This document shows positions 1-8,996 of a stretch of DNA of 10,016 bases, piece after piece. Source of the DNA: Amoeboradix gromovi X-113 (taxonomy: Eukaryota; Fungi; Sanchytriomycota); contig JADGIF010000366.1 in the NCBI GenBank assembly GCA_018985225.1, positions 1 through 10,016 of the forward strand. The letters run 5' to 3'. The notes below the pieces were generated by a model that saw only the letters and a list, made by a program, of their open reading frames with translations, did not search any database and was not told the origin of the DNA. The position numbers were made by a program, and so were the translations under genes. The stretch's first letter is position 1, and every line of letters starts with the position of its first letter.

Positions 1-40
1 ATAACATTACAAAATGACTCTAGATAAGAGTACCGTCTAA

Positions 41-221
41 GAAAATGCACCTTTTGCTTAGATGCTCAAAGACCTCATATCTGGTTTTATTATGAAGAGG
101 GGATTGAAAGTAATGAAAGAAAATTGGTATAATAGAAGATCTTTTATTAACGATAGCACTTCCTCCGTATGGTGCACCTCCTTTAAAAACGAGTTAGTCT
201 AGTTTTTATATTTGGTGTCCC
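41..221 (+). repeat. Dispersed repeat / transposon end, inverted copy of 5856-6011
   Basis: 47-76 matches the reverse complement of 5976-6005 at 28/30. 174-220 matches the reverse complement of 5856-5902 at 45/47. The middle is alignable with indels. Ends in TGTCCC. Confidence 0.85.
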
Positions 222-248
222 AAAAGTAAAGCGATTTCAAATATTGCG

Positions 249-258
249 CTGATTGGCT
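249..258 (-). promoter_or_regulatory. Candidate CCAAT (NF-Y/HAP) box
   Basis: CTGATTGGCT is an inverted CCAAT consensus ~60 nt upstream of the ATG at 317. ATTGGCT also occurs at 2066-2072 upstream of the kinase ATG. Confidence 0.3.
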
Positions 259-316
259 AGTTTTCAATCACATGTTTTGACTCTTTGATAAATTAAAACC
301 AACGAACGAGTCCTTG

Positions 317-2026
317 ATGTTGAAAAAAAACGAGCTAGTTGCATTTAACGACCTTCAGGGGTATGTTAAATATGTCGGAGCCGTGCATTTTAGAACCGGA
401 GTTTGGGTTGGAATCGAACTTACACAACCAAACGGTAAAAATGATGGCGAAGTAGATTTTAAAGGCACCAGAAGGCGATACTTCAAGTGCAAACCTAATC
501 ACGGCTTATTTGCAAGAGAGAGTAATGTTGTCAAAGTGCAATCCAAGATGAGAATGCCAAGAAAAAGATCAACTCTCTCAAACTTATCTGGTATTAATAG
601 CAATTACAGCTATCCAGTAAGCAGAACATACAGTTATCCATCAAGTACGAGCAAAAAACCTCGCAGTAATACAGACATATTGCGATCTACCTTGGAAGAG
701 TATCAAAATCAAATTACTCAAAAAGACGACGAAATTGAAGAAAAAGATTCTAAAATCAATGAACTGCAACATGAATTGATAAGCGGTAAAAGAAAGATGA
801 TTGATATGGAACGTAAACTAGACAAGTTTAGTGCAGATATTAAGAAATTCGAAGAGTCTTATGACCCAGAAAAAGTAAACCATCTAAAATTGGAAAATAT
901 CAAGTTACAACAGACCTTATCTGAGGCAGACAACGAGATAAAATTAATTCAAGAACACTATGCCAAAGTAATTGATAGTCAAAAGCTTACAGTTCAGCAA
1001 CTCCAGAACAGCTCAACTTTAAAGAACGCGGATTCCATTGAAAACAAGAAGCTTAAACTGAAAACGGAGGAACAAGCCGCTAAGATATCTCATCTAGAAA
1101 TAATGCTGGAGAAGCTAGATACCAATACAGCTAAATCGGAAGTTGAGTCTCAATTTCAATCTGATAAAAACCTGCATGACTATCAAATGAAAAACGCGAG
1201 CCTTGAAGTCGCTATAAGTTCAATTGAAAACAAGAATGAGCGCTTAGAAAATCAACTCGAGAAGCTGAAAGCAGAGCTTTCTTCTTCTAGGAACACAATG
1301 GTAGAGTTACAAAAGGAGAAGTCTAACTTGTTAACTGAAAATGGAGGACTAAAGAAAAAAATACAGATGCTACCTGAAGATGAAAACAGATCTTCACCTG
1401 ACAACGCTGATGCTTATGCAGAACTTTCGCTTTTAAAAGCGGAAAAGCAGTCGATGGAGGATCTATTTGAAATAAAAGAAAATAATTTGAAGACTGAGAT
1501 TGACATGACCAAGAAATCTAATGAGATGTTGAAGCACAAGATAGCGCAGCTGAACATTGAGTATCAAACCAAATGCGATGAAGTATTTCAACTAAGCACC
1601 AAATTGTTAAATGTCGAAAACAAAACCATGCAGATTGTTTCAGAATTAGAAGCCGAATTAGACGAATCAGCACATGAGAAACTTCTCCTAGAGAATGAAA
1701 TAAAATCAAAAGACAGTTTGTATATACGATTGCAAGAGGAATCTGCATCATTAAAGGTAGAAAATGAAAGACTACTCAAGTTATCTGCGAATTTAAAGAA
1801 GTCAAGACGACAGACAATGACTAACTATATGGAAAATGTAGATAGACTGATGACAGACATGAGCAAGATTCAAGACACTATATCGGAAAAAAGAACTTCT
1901 AGCAATAGGTCAAGTTTGATTGAAATCGAAAATAACAGAATGTCGAAGCTCTCGGATTTATCTAGCAAAACATATGATGAAGAAATGTCTATAACAGAAG
2001 CTGGTATAACATACAAGGATGAATGA
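317..2026 (+). CDS. CAP-Gly domain coiled-coil protein (Bik1/Tip1/CLIP-170- or p150Glued-like)
   Basis: N-terminal GVWVGIEL..PNGKNDG...YFKCKPNHGLF is the CAP-Gly signature, followed by a basic Ser-rich linker and a long E/K/L/Q heptad-rich coiled coil. First ATG at 317 (the track starts at TTG 314), TGA at 2024-2026. Confidence 0.9.
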   Translation: MLKKNELVAFNDLQGYVKYVGAVHFRTGVWVGIELTQPNGKNDGEVDFKGTRRRYFKCKPNHGLFARESNVVKVQSKMRMPRKRSTLSNLSGINSNYSYPVSRTYSYPSSTSKKPRSNTDILRSTLEEYQNQITQKDDEIEEKDSKINELQHELISGKRKMIDMERKLDKFSADIKKFEESYDPEKVNHLKLENIKLQQTLSEADNEIKLIQEHYAKVIDSQKLTVQQLQNSSTLKNADSIENKKLKLKTEEQAAKISHLEIMLEKLDTNTAKSEVESQFQSDKNLHDYQMKNASLEVAISSIENKNERLENQLEKLKAELSSSRNTMVELQKEKSNLLTENGGLKKKIQMLPEDENRSSPDNADAYAELSLLKAEKQSMEDLFEIKENNLKTEIDMTKKSNEMLKHKIAQLNIEYQTKCDEVFQLSTKLLNVENKTMQIVSELEAELDESAHEKLLLENEIKSKDSLYIRLQEESASLKVENERLLKLSANLKKSRRQTMTNYMENVDRLMTDMSKIQDTISEKRTSSNRSSLIEIENNRMSKLSDLSSKTYDEEMSITEAGITYKDE

Positions 2027-2057
2027 GTATCTGTCCAGAAATTATACTTTAAAATAA

Positions 2058-3938
<1,881 letters not shown>

Positions 3939-3941
<3 letters not shown>

Positions 3942-3948
3942 AATAAAT
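3939..3948 (+). terminator. Poly(A) signal abutting the stop codon (TAAAATAAAT)
   Basis: The same motif occurs at 7486-7495 (QNG1), 8230-8238 (BUD32) and 2050-2059 (CAP-Gly gene). Confidence 0.55.
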
Positions 3949-4094
3949 CATTGTAAATTTTTATTTTGCCAGTCAAAATAGTTCATGAGTAACCGCAGGA
4001 TCAAATTTGTTCCCGAATTCTGAGATTCAGATTTCGATCGAGGTGTGGCATTGAATAATCTACACTGAAAAAGAATTCTTAAGGAACAAGGAGA

Positions 4095-5385
4095 ATGTCA
4101 AAGAAAGCTATCGAATTAGAAGAACTGTATTCAGCTCATAATTATCACCCTCTACCCGTAGTTTTTGCAAAAGCGAAAGGATGCGTTGTATGGGATCCGG
4201 AAGGGAACGAATACCTTGATTTTTTATCTAGCTACAGTGCAGTAAACCAAGGTCATTGCCATCCCCGTATAGTAAAAGCATTAGTAGATCAAGCCTCTGT
4301 TTTAACACTCTCTTCTCGCGCATTCCACAATGATCAATTTGGTAAGTATGCAGAGTTTATTACAAAATTATTTGGGTACGATCGTGTTTTACCGATGAAC
4401 ACAGGTGCTGAGGCTGTAGAGACTGGTTTAAAACTAGCCAGAAAGTGGGGCTATGAGAAAAAGGGTGTTCCTCAAGGTAAAGCATTAATAGTTGCTTGCG
4501 CGGAAAACTTTCATGGAAGAACGCTGGGTGTTATTTCAATGTCAACAGATCCCGATGCATATGAAAATTTTGGACCATATTTACCAGGTGTTAGTTGCAA
4601 ATGTCCGCATACCGGTGATATTGTTAAACATGGTGATATCCAGTCTCTTGAAAAGGTATTTAACGCACATCATAAGAACATTGTAGCGTTTTTGGTCGAA
4701 CCCATTCAAGGCGAGGCTGGTATTAAAGTTCCACCGCCTGGTTATTTGTTGCAGGTGCGAGAGTTGTGCTCAAAATACAATGTTTTACTTATTGCAGATG
4801 AAATCCAAACTGGAATTGCTAGAACAGGTAAAATGCTATGCGTTGACCATGACAACATTAAGCCAGACATGGTTTTGCTAGGGAAAGCATTGAGTGGTGG
4901 AGTTTATCCTGTTTCTGCTGTTCTAGCGGATAACAAAGTTATGGATTGCATACGACCTGGACAGTAATTGTTGCTAATTTAGACATGGTTCTACCTTTGG
5001 CGGTAATCCTGTAGGTTGCCGTGTAGCTGTAGAGGCATTAAAAGTTATTATCGATGAGAAGCTTTGTGACAGGGCTGAGGAGTTGGGTGACCTTTTAAGA
5101 CAAGAGTTGAGGAATTTAAATAATCCGCTGATTAAGCAGGTAAGAGGAAAAGGTCTACTGAACGCAATCGATATTGATGCAACAAAGCTAAAAGATGGTA
5201 AAAAGGCATGGCACATCTGTTTATTAATGAAGAAGTATGGCGTGTTAGCAAAACCAACTCATGAGACAATTATAAGACTAGCGCCGCCATTAGTTATTAC
5301 AGCTGATCAAATAATGAAGGGGGTCTCCGGAATCCAAAAAGCTCTAGATGATATTCACTCTGTCAATATCAGCGATATCGAGTAA
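4095..5385 (+). CDS. CAR2: Ornithine aminotransferase (class III PLP-dependent). Exons 4095-4963, 4983-5385 (423 aa)
   Basis: [63 protein letters not shown] (PLP Lys), HGSTFGGNP after splicing, [14 protein letters not shown]. Confidence 0.96.
4964..4982 (+). other. 19-nt spliceosomal intron GTAATTGTTGCTAATTTAG
   Basis: GT...AG with a GCTAAT branch motif. Removal gives the conserved [14 protein letters not shown]. Confidence 0.92.
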
Positions 5386-5390
5386 AAGAT

Positions 5391-5813
5391 TTACTGAACT
5401 TTACGACTTCTCCAAATCTTTCTATAATCTTCATAATCGCTTCTAAAATGCTTAGGAACACAGTCATCAAATACCATCTCATAACTTGAGCCGATTTTCA
5501 TGAACTGTACAGCAAAAGGGCGCAAACTTTTATTGACAGTGTATGTGTAATAATAGGCTTGATGGAGCTGCCAATAACACTTAAAGGTATAGGCAACAGC
5601 AGGTATCAGGAAATATATTGATAATAATAATGTTATGCTGCAAAGAAGAATGATGATAGCAACATTTCTGAAAGCTAATTTGTACAGAGATTTTCTATTC
5701 ATTAGTATTCTTTGTTCGAATACAAGCAGATCTTTATTAGCAGAGTGCTTAGGTCGAAATACTTGCTTCTTGAATGGATTGCTAGCATATTGTGGAGACA
5801 AAAGATTTTCCAT
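5391..5813 (-). CDS. Probable Spo7/CNEP1R1 (TMEM188)-like regulatory subunit of the Nem1 phosphatase, membrane protein
   Basis: 140-aa ATG-initiated ORF. A DLLVFEQRI motif precedes a hydrophobic segment, then NKSLRPF and a C-terminal YEDYR. This pattern is recalled from the Spo7/TMEM188 family, not database-checked. Confidence 0.6.
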   Translation of the reverse strand: MENLLSPQYASNPFKKQVFRPKHSANKDLLVFEQRILMNRKSLYKLAFRNVAIIILLCSITLLLSIYFLIPAVAYTFKCYWQLHQAYYYTYTVNKSLRPFAVQFMKIGSSYEMVFDDCVPKHFRSDYEDYRKIWRSRKVQ

Positions 5814-5844
5814 TTTAAATTATTTATGTTTGATCCCTTTTCTA

Positions 5845-7488
5845 ATGAAGTATTTGGACACCAAATATAAAAACTAGACTAAGTCGTTTTTAAATGAGGT
5901 GCTCTATAAGCAGGAAATACCATTATTAATAAAAGTCCTTCTTTCATAAATGTCATTCACCTCTTTCTAACATAAGAGGTCTTTGAGTGTCTAAGCAAAA
6001 GGTGCGTTATCTACTACTTTACCACTATTATCTTACTTTTTCTTCTTACCACCTTTCATATAACTTATTTTTTGTTTTCTCTTCTTGTTGATCATTGTTT
6101 CTAAGATTTCGATGGATCAAAGGCTTTTATACTTAAATAATTTACTTGAACCAATCTGAGTAATTTAATTAAATTTACTATCGGTTAATATACACTTGAA
6201 ATAATGATTCAAACTATCTCAGAAAGTTACTCTAGTTTTTATGCTATTAGAAGAGTCCAGAGAACATATACTGGTACAATGGAAGTTTATCTTATCACGA
6301 AAACTGGTTTATTGAATTATGGCCTTAAGCGGTACATAACAGAAAGCAGATTAACAACTAGTCACGTGCCGCAAAACCGTGGTGCTATCTGAGTTCAGAA
6401 AACGCAAGCTGTTCTGTTTCTGAACTGGTCATTAAGAAAAATAAGGTCTAAGGGATCACGCCAGAGCTTTATCTTGGGGCTACATTCGCAAACTCTGTCC
6501 CAAAATCTCACTCATTTATCCATTAGTCCAATTTAGTGTATCTGAGTCTGCTCAATATATTGCAGACAATTCTGATCATGTTAAAATAAACCATAATATT
6601 ATTAAAACTTTGGCAGATGAATGGAAGACATTGGACTGGAGCATAGAATCTAGTTTTAATGAATGGAAAAATCCATTACATCCGTATGATATAGATGACC
6701 AAGATAAAAAGTTGAACTGGATCTTGCTAATCGACATATTAAACTTTTCCTTTTTTGCTGATCCGGGTGACGAACTGTTTACTGTACAAGGTCATACTGG
6801 ATACTGGTCATTGTGCGCTGCTTTAAAAAGAGCACATGATTCTAACATTAACATTACCAATCCCAGTCAATGGCTATATATTGATTGGAAGGAGGTATTT
6901 AAAAGTGATAATGAAGTGGAAATATCATTGCTTAGTGAGCGAATTGATATAATACACAGAACCAGTAGGGTATTAACTAACTGTTTTGGTGGCTCTTTTG
7001 CTAGCTTTGTAAACATGTCTGAGAATTCTTGCCAAAAACTTTTGAAGTTATTGTTTACTCACTTTCCTCATTTTAGAGATGTGGGAGAGTTCAAAGGAAA
7101 AAGAGTATACATTCTGAAGCGTGCGCAAATACTGGTTGCCGATATATGGGCTGCATTTGAAGGTAATTCTTATGGGAGGTTTAGTGACATAGATACAATT
7201 ACAATGTTTGCTGATTATAGGGTTCCGCAATCCCTTGTTGCGCTAGGGATGTTAGAGTATGATGAGAATGCATTATATAGAATCGAAAAAGAAGAGTTGC
7301 AGCACAATGATCCATTAGAGCTTGAAATAAGAGGAAATAGTATTTACTCGGTTGAACTGTTAAAGAGGTGCTTAAAAGACTATGGAATAGTTGCAAGCTC
7401 AATAACTTTGGACTTTTATTTATGGAAATACGCAAAAGAAAGAACCTTGAAGGCCCCAGTCCATAGAACAAGAAGTATTTTTTACTAA
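5845..7488 (+). CDS. QNG1: Queuosine salvage protein QNG1 (C9orf64/DUF2419 family). Proposed exons 5845-5849 and 6537-7488 (318 aa)
   Basis: Family motifs LNFSFF, GYWSLCAAL, FRD, KRAQILVADIW, ITMFADYRVPQ, ELEIRG, LDFYLW, HRTRSIFY. The family-like N-terminus (ESAQYIADNSDHVKIN) lies upstream of the track's TTG start with no in-frame ATG. ATGAA|GTATTT...AATTTAG|T GTA gives MNVSESAQ. The first exon is inferred; the family call is secure. Confidence 0.85.
5850..6536 (+). other. Proposed 687-nt first intron of QNG1 containing repeat insertion(s)
   Basis: Donor GTATTT is identical to the start of intron 2862. Acceptor AATTTAG is identical to the ends of introns 2880 and 4982. Phase 2 matches on both sides. 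Confidence 0.65.
5856..6258. mobile_element. MITE-like non-autonomous element with imperfect terminal inverted repeats
   Basis: Left end GGACACCAAATATAAAAACTAGACTAA. The reverse complement of 6225-6258 reads GGACTCTTCTAATAGCATAAAAACTAGAGTAACT. The left ~155 nt recur inverted at 41-220. No TSD identified; the insertion may extend to TGTCCC at 6496-6501. Confidence 0.55.
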
Positions 7489-7650
7489 AATAAATTTTTA
7501 AATTTATGTGTTTTTCAAGCTAGAGCCTTCAGCAGGATCTTGTATTAAAAAGTACACTAAAATCAAACAGGAAGCCGTTCTACTTAATGTATTTGAAGTA
7601 GGCACCCAGAAGAGGGTGCAATTCCTGTTGCAGGGAGATTTGAAGAAAAA

Positions 7651-8229
7651 ATGATGAGCGCAGAGTCCATCATTAGAAGACGCATATGGGCAAACAGTCT
7701 AGAATGTGTTGAAAAACAAAGGATACAGAAGAAATACAGAATACCGGAATTAAACAAGACTCTAGTTTATCAAAGAACATCAAAAGAGGCGAAGTTATTA
7801 TGTCGAGCTAAAGTATTGGGGATTAAAGTACCTACCGTTTACTACGTTACTGCAGATACTATTTACATGGAAGCCATAGAGGGCCCCACTTTATTAGAGC
7901 TACTGAAGTCTAGTAATGACTTAATTAATACTGAAACAGGTGAAATAATCGGGAAGTGTATTGCAACTTTACACAATAACCACATTGTGCATGGCGATTT
8001 GTCACCAATGAATATAATAATCAAAAAAAACACTCCATATCTAATTGATTTTGGATTATCGTTTAATAGTCGGCAAGTGGAGGATTTCGCAGTAGATATG
8101 GTTGCATTCGACAAGGTGCTTAACAACGTCGAAGTCTTTAATTCCGTTTTAAAAGGTTATATGCATAACGCGGTACAAGACATCACAAAAAGACTGGAAG
8201 CTGTTAGACAGAGAGGAAGGAAAAAGTAA
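7651..8229 (+). CDS. BUD32: Bud32/TP53RK (PRPK) atypical kinase, KEOPS complex subunit
   Basis: KQRIQKKYRIPEL...RT.KEAKLL, GIKVP, IYME.IEG, LH...IVHGDL...N, YLIDFGLS, VED.AVD, C-terminal RL..VRQRGRKK. Confidence 0.88.
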   Translation: MMSAESIIRRRIWANSLECVEKQRIQKKYRIPELNKTLVYQRTSKEAKLLCRAKVLGIKVPTVYYVTADTIYMEAIEGPTLLELLKSSNDLINTETGEIIGKCIATLHNNHIVHGDLSPMNIIIKKNTPYLIDFGLSFNSRQVEDFAVDMVAFDKVLNNVEVFNSVLKGYMHNAVQDITKRLEAVRQRGRKK

Positions 8230-8523
8230 AAAATAAATACTTTACTAAATTGTACCTGGGACATGATAAAATTTAGAATTGTTAGATATGTAAGTTTAGA
8301 TCAATCCCACTAGATTAAATCTAATCTCAACATCGATTCAGCTCAATATATCAATTCAGATTAACCTGACTACTAGGGAAATTCGAATCTAGTACTGCAT
8401 CTTTGATAAAGGATTTATTTTTAACTAAAGTTAAGTATCACTCGAACGAATCTTCCTGTTCTGCTCAACTTAAATTTTTCTTTAAGTAAATTGTAACTTG
8501 CCATAACGTATTTGTGCAATCTT

Positions 8524-8700
8524 CTGCAATTATCAATTTTGAAAAATATAGATTTTCACACTTGACTGACTCATAGTTAAAAGTCCTGATTTCCGAGAAA
8601 ATCGAGAATTTCCACAGAGAAACTAATGCTAGTTTCGCCATTGACTGTCATCGCTTACGCTTTCACTACCCTGAGGTGGGATTGAACAAGGATGCATATA
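8524..8700 (-). ncRNA. Candidate Fanzor omegaRNA scaffold / IS607-type right end
   Basis: Lies over and downstream of the Fanzor 3' end. Minus-strand hairpins: GAAACTA-gcat-TAGTTTC, GATTTT-ctcg-GAAATC, GACTT...GAGTC, TGAAAAT-ctat-ATTTTTCA. Ends near TTGCAG. Boundaries are inferred. Confidence 0.5.
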
Positions 8701-8996
8701 CTTGTATATGTTCCTTGCTGCCATATGGTCTCTATCTATTTCCAAATGACAATTGGTACATGTGTAAGTTTCTAAGCTGGTTTTCTTTAGAGTACCACAC
8801 CTTGTACATGTCTGACTAGTAAATGATTCATTGCGTTCGACCATCGTCTTTCCTCTTGTTTGCACTTGAACTTCAAGCATTCCTTGAATGCGTAATGCGA
8901 CATTTTAGCCATGTTTCTTGCGACCTTGCTCGACAAGCTACTTATCATTTGACTAGTATTGAACGAGGGTAAGTATATCAGATTATACGTCTTTGT
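8629..8996 (-). pseudogene. Fanzor2 (IS607 TnpB-derived) RNA-guided nuclease remnant: 5'-truncated, frameshifted
   Basis: One frame gives TKTYNLIYLPSFNTSQMISSLSSKVARNMAKMSHYAFKECLKFKCKQ. After a 1-nt frameshift near 8858 it continues RGKTMVERNESFTSQTCTRCG...YTCTNCHLEIDRDHMAARNI. This comprises the IxLP.F motif, the rearranged-site Glu (NESFTS), a CxxC..CxxC zinc ribbon and the RuvC-III DRD...AARNI. Confidence 0.85.

Noticed and set aside
6204-6392. 62-aa ORF in the QNG1 upstream/intron region
   Set aside because: No recognisable motif, and it straddles a putative repeat end.
7587-7602. AT|GTATTTGAAGTAG|G could be a 13-nt intron creating an upstream in-frame ATG for BUD32
   Set aside because: It is shorter than any known spliceosomal intron and lacks the ATTTAG end shared by the other introns. 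ATG 7651 already gives a near-complete protein. More likely a 4-codon uORF or chance.
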